The translations under genes and the position numbers were made by a program. A stretch of 64,000 bases of DNA from Balanoglossus misakiensis (taxonomy: Eukaryota; Animalia; Hemichordata): assembly GCA_040954595.2 (NCBI GenBank), contig CM082590.2, positions 9,636,088 through 9,700,087 on the forward strand. The letters run 5' to 3'. Shown piece by piece: positions 23,559 to 36,109 of this stretch (position 1 is its first letter; the number at the start of each line of letters is the position of its first letter). The notes below the pieces were generated by a model. The model searched no databases and was not told the DNA's origin. It worked only from the letters and a program-made list of their open reading frames with translations.

Positions 23559-26500
23559 CTAGTCTGCATTTTGTTGTACGTTAAATACAAACTGTTGGAA
23601 TTGGTTCAACATCCCTTGTGGGTACGTGTATGGTTGTTGTTGTTGGGCCAGTTGTTGTTGTTGTGCCGGGTTTGGTTCCTGAGGAGGAGGTTGCGCAGGC
23701 AGGGGTTGGGGAATAACATCTGATGAGAGAAGGAAAATGGAGGTTATAACAAATCCATCTAGCATTAGCTTTAGCAGAACTAGACTCTAGCTGGATCGAC
23801 CTGTCCAATACTGTACATGCAGATACATCATTTGTAGATAAATCTAGATAACGTACCTTGCTTAGCAGCAAGTGGTTTTGACGCATGCTGAGATGTGCAG
23901 TCCTCCATAGTATTGATGTCAGAATCAAGTTCTTCATCCGTGTCATCTGTCCATATCTGTATCTCGCACAAGCAAAGGGACGTTGCACGGCACCGTGCCT
24001 GCACAGTGATGTACCTACCAACTAGCGGGCCATTCAGACATTCCATGTTCACTGTTGTCAATCCGGAGACATCTTCGGTTAACACACCACAAAATCGATT
24101 CTTTCTGAAGTCCATGAAATTGCCAACGCGAACCTCAGTTGCAAGAAGTCGTTTATCTGTGAAAGTATAAAGAAGTTTATTACAATCATGAAAAAAAGAT
24201 GATGGAATAGAATGAATTTATTGGCATTACCTCTTGTGATTATAAGATGCACCATCTAAGATACAGTCACTCTCTAAATCCAGATGATTGCACTAAATGT
24301 TGAGAGTTGTCTGGCTGCTTCAGCAGTGTAAGTTTGAATGCCCTGCTGAGCCAAAGTGTCTATTAGAACATTGGTGTTTACTACAGTCTGTGTAATTTTC
24401 TTAATAAAATATACCATCTGAGCAGTCCACTGCACCAGTTAGAGTAACATGATAAACGATACGAGGTTTCCCCAAATCAACCCTCAGCCAAGGTTCGTAT
24501 TCCAGCTGCGTCACTGTACAGGACCCATGGCAGAATAACGGGTCATTATCGCCATCTACCACGCGATTAGACACTGTGTACCAGTAGCCAGAACTCTGTT
24601 CCACTCTCTTGCCACGTGCGATATTTGAATAGCACGGACGTACGGTTCCTGGTGGTAGAGGTACATTGAAAGTAAGTGCTTTGCAAATTCTCTGTTATAT
24701 GACATAATTCACAGAAGGCTCATTAATTATCATTACTATTATTATTAATATAATTCTTTATTTAATTACTAACAACATGGACAAATACCTTCAAAGCCAA
24801 AAGGCTTAGTAATGTCTGGACAGGGTATCCCAGAACTTGGTTTCTCAGGTAAACACTTTGGTGGTTCTGACTGTGACCATGTAGGGGGTTGTGGTGGTGA
24901 TGCTGCTCGATAATTGGTTTCGTCATCCTTTGGTTTCTTGCTTCTGTCTTTTCCCTCTCTCGATTTTGGCTCCTTATCTTTTGGTTCTCTTTCATCAGTC
25001 TCCTTATCTCTGTCATCTTTGGTTTTCTCATCCTTTAGTTTCTTGATTCTGTCTTTTCCCTCTCTCGATTTTGGCTCCTTATCTTTTGGTTCTCTTTCAT
25101 CAGTCTCCTTATCTCTGTCATCTTTGGTTTTCTCATCCTTTAGTTTCTTGATTCTGTCTTTTCCCTCTCTCGATTTTGGCTCCTTATCTTTTGGTTCTCT
25201 TTCATCAGTCTCCTTATCTATTTCATCTTTGGTTTTCTCATCCTTTGGTTTTTTGCTTCTGTCCTTTCCCTCTTTCGATTTTGGCTCCTTATCTTTTGGT
25301 TCTCTTTCATCTGACTCCTTATCTCTCTCATCTTTGGTTTTCTCATCCTTTGGTTTCTTGCTTCTGTCTTTTCCCTCTCTTGATTTTGGCTCCTTATCTT
25401 TTGGTTCTCTTTCATTAGACTCCTTATCTCTGTCATCTTTGGTTTTCTCATCCTTTGGTTTCTTGCTTCTGTCTTTTCCATCTTTCGATTTTGGCTCCTT
25501 ATCTTTTGGTTCTCTTTCATCAGACTCCTTATCTCTCTCATCTTTGGTTTTCTCATCCTTTGGTTTCTTGCTTCTGTCTTTTCCCTCTTTCGATTTTGGC
25601 TCCTTATCTTTTGGCTCTCTTTCATCTGACTCCTTATCTCTGTCATCTTTGGTTTTGTCATCCTTTGGTTTCTTGCTTCTGTCTTTTCCCTCTCTTGATT
25701 TTGGCTCCTTATCTTTTGGTTCTCTTTCATTAGACTGCTTATCTCTGTCATCTTTGGTTTTGTCATCCTTTGGTTTCTTGCTTCTGTCTTTTCCCTCCCT
25801 TGATTTTGGCTCCTTATCTTTTGGTTCTCTTTCATCTGACTCCTTATCTCTGTCATCTTTGGTTTTGTCATCCTTTGGTTTCTTGCTTCTGTCTTTTCCC
25901 TCTCTCGATTTTGGCTCCTTATCTTTTGGTTCTCTTTCATCTGACTCCTTATCTCTGTCATCTTTGGTTTTCTCATCCTTTGGTTTCTTGCTTCTGTCTT
26001 TTCCCTCTTTCGATTTTGGCTCCTTATCTTTTGGCTCTCTTTCATTAGACTGCTTATCTCTGTCATGTTTGGTTTTCTCATCCTTTGGTTTCTTGCTTCT
26101 GTCTTTTCCCTCTTTCGATTTTGGCTCCTTATCCTTTGGTTCTCTTTCATTAGACTGCTTATCTCTCTCATCTTTGGTTTTCTCATCCTTTGGTTTCTTG
26201 CTTCTGTCTTTTCCCTCTCTTGATTTTGGCTCCTTATCTTTTGGTTCTCTTTCATTAGACTGCTTATCTCTGTCATCTTTGGTTTTCTCTTCCTTTAGTG
26301 GCTTGGATGTTTCACCAAGCGAATCTCCATATATCATATCTTTTAATTTAGGTTCTTTAGATTTCTTTCGTTTCCCTTTGCCTTCCAAATCAGTTACTTC
26401 TGTTCTGTCTCCTTTAGATTTTTTACCTTTTCCTACACAACAGAACAAATAACAAAACCTGTATCAATAACATGAACTAGTAATGAGAATTATGTGTATT

Positions 26501-29500
26501 TATGGTCCATATACCGTATATCTGAGAACTTCAAGATACCTAATTTTCAAGGGACCTCTACTAGGCCCTCTAAAACATTAGATATGTACACAATGTTTTA
26601 CATCACATAAATAAACCTGATTGTGCAAATCATTCACAGAATCCTGTAAATTATGTAGATCAGCACAAATGAGCCAAACTGAACATACAGTGATAATATA
26701 CTGGTTGTTTTTTTACATACCTCCACCTCCACATGTAAATGGTACATCCCTGATATTGATCAAATCCACGTACAGTAATTCATGCCATGAAACAATATCG
26801 CCGCAGTCTGGTGTACATGTTCTCGATGCTGCCTGTTGGTAATGGAATATAAATGTATATCATAGTCATTTTTTAGTAGAAAAACAATAAGTTGGAACTT
26901 GGATTAACCTATTACAGAATGGATAAGGAAATAATTCTATGTATGTTCGGGAGTGGAGAATAGCTCACCTTAATACCTTTTCTGTCCAGGACTCTCCCAT
27001 AGAAGTTAAAGTACCTGAATTTGCCATAGAAGGCGTCTTCCTTGTTGAAGCCTCCTGCAAACATACTTTGCTTCTGCCCAATAATTAAAGATCCACCACC
27101 TGGGATGGTTTCCCCAACAGCTAGATCCGTCCCTTCATAGATTTCTTCCTTCTTGTCATAGACAGTAAAGTTCCCATCAGTTGAGTTCCATGTCACGCAG
27201 ATCATGTGAGCACCGTCATCGTTTAGATTGATGCCGGTGGGTTCGCTCTGCTGGTTGTTGATGGTGACTGTTAAATTGTTGAGGTTTGCGATGACAATGC
27301 TGCCCTGGGCATCACCAGGGACAAAATAGCTGAAGATGGTATTGGTCAGATTTGCATACAAGTCGTCAAGTGCCAGCCAGAAACAGATGGTGAATTCTGT
27401 GAGTTCTGGAATGTCGTTCGGCATGGGGGCTAAACTCCAGTCACCAGTGTTGTCTATCACCCAAAATTTGTCATCGAAGACTCCGGGTAAACATGGATCT
27501 GTTGGAGCTGTGGGAGACATGGAAAGTTACAGGATCAGGACTGTCCATATGAATTAATACATAAAATACACATTCAGCCATAGAAACTTTTTCCTTTAGC
27601 AAGATAAAGTGTCTCTATAATTCTCCCTTAAAGGGCATATCATTGTCTTGTAAGGTTCCTACTTACAACAAGGCTCTATGTCAGTGTCAAGGCCAATTTG
27701 CTTCAGGTCAACATCACTGATAATATCATCTGTAAAGTAGGGCCACCAGACCAGATTTCCACATGTACGATTGCATCTGCCTTCATATAGAGCCTAAGAA
27801 ACGGAAATCAAGGTAGATGTTGAGAGGTGTTGATGAGGCAAGGCAGGCAGGATTGTGACAAAAAGCAGAGACAGTATGAATGAAGGAGAAGCCCAAGTAT
27901 AAAACAACTGAGCAGATGGAGAAAGCTTGTGACTTATTCATATTAGAGAGATTAATAGTTTGATAAGACAATTTAATTAATTAACATGATATATGAATAT
28001 CACCAGTTAGGGATAACATATTGAGTATTTGTCTTCACTGGCGATAATTTATGATAGCTGATGTGGACAATAGCAGTAACACTGATATAAATGGATAAAT
28101 AAAACACATATGTATTCAACACATCATTTTATATTCTGTACATGAGTGGACATATGGTGCACATTAATTAAAATCTTGTTCATATCGTAGTTATGTTTTC
28201 ATATATGTCCATGTAAATTTAACTAGTTTGCATTGCATGAATGAAGGAATATTCTCGAAGCATTTTAGATGTTATTAAAAGGGAGAGGGAAGCTATAGGC
28301 AGTCCTTGATGATAAACCCATGAAAAAAGCAGTATCACCAATCAGAATAATTTTTTTCTCACCTGAATATCATTCAAAGCTTCTGTCCACATATTGAAAT
28401 TTGTGATCTCGGCGGTGAGTGCGCTGTCTTCATCAAAACCCTCTCCTTGGCTGCTTTGTTTCTGTCCTATCACCAAGGTACCACCACCGCGCACAAGCAA
28501 ACCTTTCGCCAAACCGTTCTTCTGTGAGACTTCGCCATCTTTGTAGAACCTGTACTGTCCATTGACAGACTTCCAGGTGACACAAAGATGATGCCAAACG
28601 CCATCTCGTATATCAACCTTTGATTTCTTCCTGCGCTGGTTTCTTATCACGATGCTTAAGTCGTTCAAATTCTCCAATACAATGCTTCCCAGTGTATCAC
28701 CAGGGGTAAAATAACTGAGAATAGTTTGTTTTAATCTACCGGGATCTGTTATTTTGATCCACAGACAAATAGTGAACTCTGATAACTCAGGTAGTGTAAA
28801 ATTCAGAGTCACTTGACTTTGACTTCCATTGAAAACCCATATGGTATCATTGACTCTCTGGTCAAGGCAAAACTGTGGGTAGCTTGGGCCTACAAGTGAA
28901 GATAGAATTCAAAGGGTTGTGATTACAATTTTTATGCAGGAGTGGCGCGATTGGGTATTTGTTAATTCTGTTTGACAGCATGTAATTCAGAGGAAAGTGA
29001 ATGCGAACCATGTTGACTTTATTTGACAGAAATGTACTACCTTAATGAAATATTTTGTACAAATAATGGCAACTTACTAGTTGGTAGATGAGTGTCTGAT
29101 AGTCCAACCGACACCAAATCTGATGACAAAATGGACGACCACCGTACTACATCACCACATCCACGATTCAAACTGTCTTCTGACAATGCCTACATAATGA
29201 TTATAATCGATGAAGGGTTATTTTTAACAAAATTAAAACTTTAACCCTTATTTTATCTAATATTTTGATCAAGAAGTGTTTTCAATGGAAAATTATGTCC
29301 AAGTGGTCCAAAATTTAGCAAATTTTGGAGGAAATATGCAAAAGTTTTGAAAATTTTGCAACAGCATTATGGAAGTAAAAATTATAGTGTTCAAATGGTC
29401 AATTGTACCTTGATTGTATCCTCATCCAACAGCACTCTCCACATATTGAATTGAGTCATTTGTCCTTCGTACGGAGTACCATTCATCTCGTTGTTCGGCC

Positions 29501-30737
29501 TCCCGAGTAGCAAATTACCATCAGCGGCAATAGTTCCACCCACAGCTAAATCCCCGCCCTTAAATAAAACCTTTCCTCCCTTGTATATCTGTTGTGCATG
29601 AAAAGGATACAAGAGAGAGTTATCCGGCAACCAAACAGCTTCTGGACATTAAGGCATGATAGGCAGATCCTGTCCATAACACTTCTACCAATAGTTTCTC
29701 TCCTGTGCAAATTGTGTGATTGGAGTATGATGTAATAATTCAGCATGATAAGAATCTGCTCATCCAATTATGTTTATTTGTAAACATTATCCATTAATCC
29801 AAAACTCATTATCAATCATTGATGCCTTGTACAAGAAATGTGCCCATAATATGAATTCACTATACTGTTACCTTGTATCTGCCTTCTGTGTTCACCCATG
29901 TAATGCACACATGATGCCAAATCCCATAGTTAGTTTCGAGTCCAGATTCTTTCCCTTCGACGCCATTCACAGTCAGTTTCAGATTCGAAGGATTTTGAAC
30001 TTGGAAGTTTGCGTCTGGGGATGCGAAGTAACTTGCAATAGTTCCGGTGTTGTCTGCAACATCTGATTTCATCCACCAGCAGAGAGAGAATTCCGTCAGT
30101 GCTGGGATTGGTTGACTTATCTTGACGTAGCTTGTCTCACCGTCAAAAGTGAACGTCTTGTTCTCAAGTTCCCCTCCGATGCAGTTCTCTTCATAGAATG
30201 GATAGGCATTGTAGTATTCTGCAGAGAAAATCATTAACTGAATGTTAACGATTCTGCAGAGAAAATCATTAACTGAATGTTAACGATTCTGCAGAGAAAA
30301 TCATTAACTGAATGTTAACCATCTTCATATATGATAATGGTGATATCGGTCTTTTATGCCCACAAGATACTTATAACTATGTAAAAAATATTAAAAATTA
30401 ACATAACTCAGCCATCTCTTTCTCATCTCTCACTAACTCACTTACTCACAATTTATCATAAGCTGTTCATTGTGATAATAATTTATTTTGTCGGCATTTA
30501 TCGGAATGTACCATATGCTTGATTGATAACTTCTTCCGGATATACATATATTATTGAACAACCATTGCAATCAGACAGATGTTTTCAGTATGTGAATCAG
30601 TCCATATGGCAGTAATTTTTCAATAAAAATAATTACTGTTGAAAATTGCACGTACCAAATTCGCCTTTAACGTTGACGAAAATTAGTGAGTTTATGACCA
30701 GTGCCACCAACGCTTTCCTGATTTTCACAGTATACAT
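23559..30737 (-). CDS. Secreted multidomain protein: 3 pentraxin domains, 13 x 35-aa Lys/Glu/Asp repeat, F-type lectin (fucolectin/FTP) domain, Pro/Gln-rich tail
   Basis: Signal exon 30737-30656 (MYTVKIRKALVALVINSLIFVNVKGEF). Pentraxin signatures WHHVCITW (~30218-29872), WHHLCVTWKS (~28890-28362) and HMICVTWNS (~27508-26969), each with FT/SxCxW and FNM/FW. Repeat exon 26432-24789. FTP domain NIARGK..EQSS...VVDG...SCTVT....PWLRVDLG / GRYITVQ...LCLCEIQIW (~24647-24415, 24156-23857). Last exon 23719-23559. The splice junctions checked are in phase. Confidence 0.85.
24918..26290 (-). repeat. Coding tandem repeat, 13 x 105 bp (35 aa: KTKDDRDKESDEREPKDKEPKSREGKDRSKKPKDE)
   Basis: 13 occurrences of EPKDKEPKS in ORF 24769-26448, with highly similar 105-bp units and no frameshift. 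Confidence 0.95.
30216..30320 (-). repeat. 3 x 35-bp tandem repeat that triplicates a splice acceptor
   Basis: attctgcagagaaaatcattaactgaatgttaac(g/c) at 30216, 30251 and 30286; each reads ...ttaatgattttctctgcag|AAT on the minus strand. Confidence 0.95.
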
Positions 30738-31891
30738 CCTGCAAGATATACATTAATTACAGCTTAGCACCGTCTCTAAAATGAATACTTTTTGTATAGA
30801 GATGATCTTTATAAACACCTACCGTACTACATTAAACAGGCAACCAGTTCGTTTTCCATGGTGATTTAATTGTGATCAAAGTATACTAAACAAACCTAAT
30901 GAAATTTGCTTTGCCCTCTATAAACGTAAAACTCTGCCATTTTCACAGGAGTTTCGATATTCAGGAAAATCCTGAACCTGATGAAATTTGGCGGCTATAA
31001 AATGTTTTCTGTTGTGGCAGTACTGATGTCCAGTACATGATGTGGACAGTTTCAAATACACATATGCCTCCATGAAAATACTAACAACATATATGCCTTA
31101 CCTTGCGAGTTGCGGAGATCCACACACTCTGGCTAGTATGCACCACAGAACCAGTATTTAAAGGTTTTGGGCAAATATATCTCTTTCTTTTCAAAAGAGG
31201 CTATATATTTAACAACATCTGTTTGCAAGTCAATGTAATATATAATTGTAAAATATTGCAAGTTTGTCCATATTACGTATTGTTTTATTGACAAGATGAT
31301 GAAGTATGGTAAAATAACTTCAGTTGATAAATTTGCTGTGCTTTGGATCCCTTATTCACCATCATTCCTGTTGGCAATAATGCAGATAATTTTAGCACGC
31401 CCGTCAAGTTTGCGAAAGATTACAGAAAAAGTGAAATGCTGTTATTTCATGGAAAATTGTAGAAGTACCATCTATTAGTTTTAGGTATACTTTCACCTTT
31501 CATTTACATATGCCCGGCCATAAATAGTCAAAGGGCATGTGTGTGTTTTGAAATGACACTTAACTCTCTCACACAAAAGTAAGCAAGATTGTGAAGGGCA
31601 TGTACTGATACTTTGTGATGCTCGGAATATCTGTCATAATTGATGAAGGGCCCATATTAATGTACGCCTCACACAATATGATATGCAGTTACTGTATATT
31701 TTATTTCTAATAGCATTCTAAATTGACAAACTTCCAGGTAATTCTTTATTCACTAAATTATTAGTTCTGTTCCATCAAACATGAATTACAATATCGGCAT
31801 GCAATTGCAAGAAAGCAGTCTAAGATAAAATCGCATTTTGACTGGCTAGTTGTCAGAGCGTCTTGAAGAAACTGCCTGGTCCTGGTTTGCT

Positions 31892-34100
31892 TTACTTGCC
31901 TGGTGGCATGTGACTACCTCCAAAAGTAGTGCAAGTTGGATCTGCAAATAATTGCAAAGTCGTATAAATATAGGAAACATTTTGAATACATAATACAGTA
32001 ATTCATCCATAGACTCTGCACTAAGGTTGATGCAATATCATCTGAAACAGATTTCTGAATCTCACATGAAATTCACACACACACACACACGCATTTGACA
32101 CACACAGAAACATACACACAGAAACACATGTGCACATACAGAGAAACACAAACACCAACAGATACATCCATTCACGCCCTCACTCCAATACACAGTCACT
32201 TAAAACAACAATATTTGTACAAATAATATGGCCAAACTGCCAGGCTAGCATCCATACACTGTACACTTGATGCAGTTCCTATTCTCACCTTGAATTTCAC
32301 ATATGAAACCCTTTGATCGTACAGCACAATATTCATCATCCCATAAGCCATTGTGACCAAATCGAAACCTGTAGGAATAACAAAGTATTTGACAACTTAT
32401 TTGCCACATATAAGTTTCAACACAGTACATGTATAAGCATAATTTCTTTACTTGCTGTCTAATAAGTATGGTAATCGATTTTAGACGAGTTTGTCTGGTA
32501 CAATCTCACTAAAATAAGGAAATTTGGATAAAATGTTTAAAAGCTGTAATATCCAGATGACCAAAAACTATAAAATAACATGGTTATTATCATAAAGTCA
32601 ACTTACCATAATTGAACACAGTCTTGTCCATCTGTGGACTTTTTGGTGTTGTTATTGGGTTCCCCGGGAGCCCAGGCACTAAAATCCCCCTGAGACTCGC
32701 ACAGGGCTTCACCATCAGCCCAGAGAAAACTGCCTTCATCTAAGCGATCAGACAGACCAATCCAGAAACCGTAGTTTGGAATGCAACTTGGATCATTCAG
32801 TTGCTGGAGTTGGATGTACTTCATCACATGGTCGTATTTCTCTGCAGTGTCCAGAACTGCCAGTCTTCCAAATAACCCTCGCATACATCTCGTTTTGCAG
32901 ACTTCTTCGGCCTCCGCGTAATACTCGCCATCAGGTTGTTGACAGTAGTATTCATACTTTATGCACATACATTCCTCTTTGGTTTTGACTGTGCTGAATC
33001 CTACAATCATATGAAAACATATTCGTCATCACACAAATTGTCTATTTTACGTAGTTTGATGTCCATGGGTATACTATTACGTATCAAAGGTTTGCTGTGT
33101 TAATTGGTTGCCGAAAGTTGCCGCAATTTTGCAGAAATATAACAATAGGGAATGGACAATAGACAATAATTCCAGCAATCTCTGCAACATTTACAATAGA
33201 ACTGCATGGTTCATGTACTTGTACCCATATCCCACGATGTAAAATTAGTTGCTTTCCTGTTTTGAGACTGTATACCGGTATGTGAAATCTTTTTTACGCA
33301 ATTGACATAAGCAAAAGTTGGATAATATGTAACGAAATTTCTTCTCACCTCGGTAATCATACTTTACCAACATGAAGCAAAATAAGGAAAGTAAAAAAAT
33401 TAAGAGCACATGAATGTTGAATATATGGTGGATATTAGGGAAAATTTTGTCATTGAAAAGGATACATAACATTACAAAAATACGGCGTCAAATTATGTTC
33501 CAATAATCAACATCAACATAAAAGCTATTTCTACAATGTTGTCAGGTGGAGTAACGCTGTGATCATTTCATCGTTGCAAGTTCTATATATCATAGATCAT
33601 GTGCAATGGTCATGGTAGCCAATTAACATAACAATTAAATGAACTAACTTACGAAAACATCAGTCTCAACACAAGGTACGAGTCCCTGCAATTTAAAATA
33701 GACGTGTAAAACAGTGAAGAGCATTTTACTGAAAGCAGGATAACTTTGAATAAACTTTCAAAGAAGTTATTGAAGGAAGATAATTTTAGATGTCGCAATT
33801 GTTTTTATCACATCTCGAAGTATCAGTTTTGGTAATATGGGTTTATATGTGAATAATGATAATTTGATGTTATAGTTTAGTGAGAAGTTGGTTTGCTTTT
33901 TAAACAATCTAATGCAGCCATTCGCATACGTATTAAATTGATGAAGATAGTATTAAAAAGGCTTTATTGCGAATTATTCCAAATGGAAATAATTTAATAT
34001 TCGAAGCTAAGGTGAACATGCACGTAAATTGTAAAAAAAATGATACGACCTCAGACACATATATGGTGGTGGCAATCAGGAAACAGAAGATCCAACCCAT
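31892..34100 (-). CDS. Secreted single-domain C-type lectin (EPN/WDD, mannose/glucose-type), paralog A
   Basis: Exons 34100-34050 (MGWIFCFLIATTIYVSE), 33685-33653, 13-nt microexon 33361-33349, 33000-32607 (FWIGLSD, WAPGEPNN, DCVQLW), ~32369-32289 (GLWDDEYC..KGFICE) and 31941-31892 (..PPGK*). Confidence 0.9.
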
Positions 34101-34496
34101 GGCAAATTCTTTCTGAGAGATAAATAAAAGTAAAGACAAGTGATTGAGAAATCCTAAAAATATCAACGGAAATCATGATGTATGTATTTTAGAAGTTTCC
34201 TGAGAGAGTTCTAAACTTAAGTTAATGATTATAAATCGTTAAAAGTGATAGACAGGCATATCATCTCGCATTGTGCCTATTAATTTGCAAGCAAGTCTAA
34301 CAGTGCATACCACACGAATATTAAAACATTGGTATAGATCTGAAGCAAAACAGTAACTTGCAAATCTTCAATATAAACTAACAACAGGTATAGCCTGTCC
34401 GGCAAATAACATTCACAGGTCTCTTACCTCAGTTAGCCGTAACAATGTCTTCATAAACCAACTGGTTGTTGTAAAGAATACACCGTGAAGTCCTCC

Positions 34497-34570
34497 TATT
34501 TATAGTATACCTGGGTACACTACTTTGCTGATCGACTGAAATGAATCTCGAGATTAAGCTTCCAAACGTA
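34497..34570 (-). promoter_or_regulatory. TATA box and conserved upstream element of C-type lectin A (paralogous element at ~38304-38400)
   Basis: TATAAATA on the minus strand upstream of a donor at ~34428. The motif ctgaaatgaatc(t/a)cgagatt...aagctt...ggtcttt is shared with the paralog B promoter. Confidence 0.5.
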
Positions 34571-36109
34571 TGGTCTTTCCACTGTTTTGACAGTTTGGTC
34601 TGAAGTAAGTCCTGTTTGTCTGGTCACTTATCAAAGCAAATATCACGAATCAAAGCATATAAGCCATAAATCAAAGCATATGCCTACCACCTGCTTTATT
34701 CCTATCTCTCATGGACAGTATTTACAGAATTTTCATGCATTTATAATTCACATTGCAAAGGTCAGACTAAATTACATGAAATTGTATTTTATCCATTAGA
34801 GTGTGAATGTTGCCTTATTTTTTGATGATCAATTTGTGAGGAAAATCTACTACTTTTTTAGCATTAATAACTGCATGTAGGGCCATATGCACCCCGAGAT
34901 TACCCACAGGCACAGACTATAACTATACAATTTCATGATACTCGTCTCTGACGCAGAGAGATAGAGAGAGACAGGGCGGGCACAAACAGATGAAGATTAT
35001 AAGAAGGGAATTATACAGATGGGGGTTTGCCAATTAGAATTCTGGCGAGCATGACTGGTACAAGTCTGTGTTGAAATGTAGGACTACTGATTGCTTGGTT
35101 GGTGGGTTATTGGAATATCGATTCGTTAGTTGGTACATGTGTGAATGGACACAGATGGGAAGGACAGAAAGTTGGAAGAACAAATGAAGGTCATTTGGTC
35201 TAATATGACACTAGTACAGACTGAGACAGTCTTGCTTATGAAAATCCTGTTTGTTTTGTGACTTAATACGATAGCAGCAAATCAAAGCGTTTTTAAGACG
35301 TACCATCTGCTTAAACAAAAGGTCCCTATAAACTGTAAAGAGCATTATGGTAAGCCTATGCAAATGTGAAAAAGTCAGACAACCGGCACGATGTGTTATG
35401 AGCAGTTCAGAAATAGCGGTGATTTTCTGGAAATAACCAGGGGGGGGGGGAAGAGTGTGAGAGCGGCAGATCCCCCTCACAAGGGGGGGGGGGGGTCTTG
35501 GTAAGATATATTTTTATTTCTCTGAAATACTTTCTTTTTTATGTTGATAGTTCGGCTAATATGTCAGCAACATGCTAAAGTAAATTCCCAGTAATTCTGT
35601 TGCGGCAAGAAGATTTTCAGTGCGTCAGGGATGCGTCAAAATAACTTAGATGGCACATTATATCAGACAGATTTAATTTAATTGTGTTTTACCCACCATA
35701 GCGTGAAGGTTGTCTTATTTTTTAATGATCAAAGGAACATGATGATTGAAATTCAGAAGTCTTAGGCCATTCTAAATGTTCACTTGTAGTTGTTTGCCAT
35801 GGTAACAGGGAATCTGTCATAATTGATGAAGGGCCAATACACATACTCGTACTTACATATTAATGAAAGCCTCACACAATATGATATGCAGTTAATTTAT
35901 ATTTTATTTCTAATAGAATTCTAAACTGACAAACTTAATTCCAGGTAATTCTTTATTCACTTAAAAGTTGTGTTCCATCAAACATGTTGAATTACAATGT
36001 CTGCATGAAATTGAAGTTAAGAGTCTATGCTACAATCTCATATTTGACTGGCTAGTTGTCACATGTAGTATATTCCATGGTCCACACCTTCTGGGCATGA
36101 TCAATAACT

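Noticed and set aside
24918-26290. CRISPR-like array
   Set aside because: Units are contiguous with no unique spacers, are in-frame coding, lie in eukaryotic context, and there are no cas genes.
24914-26452. 512-aa Ser/Leu/Phe-rich ORF on + strand, plus shifted-frame ORFs such as 25218-26276
   Set aside because: Antisense and alternative-frame shadow of the purine-rich coding repeat. The repeat unit lacks stops in these frames, and the minus-strand frame has proper splice sites joining the pentraxin and FTP exons.
30216-30320. 35-bp direct repeats as a mini-CRISPR
   Set aside because: Head-to-tail with no spacers; a simple tandem duplication of an intron end.
31625-31700. SECIS-like element in the conserved lectin 3' UTR (ATGA/TGATGAA motifs, also ~35810-35890)
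   Set aside because: No in-frame TGA in either lectin and no convincing SECIS stem on the sense strand; similarity is explained by the tandem duplication.
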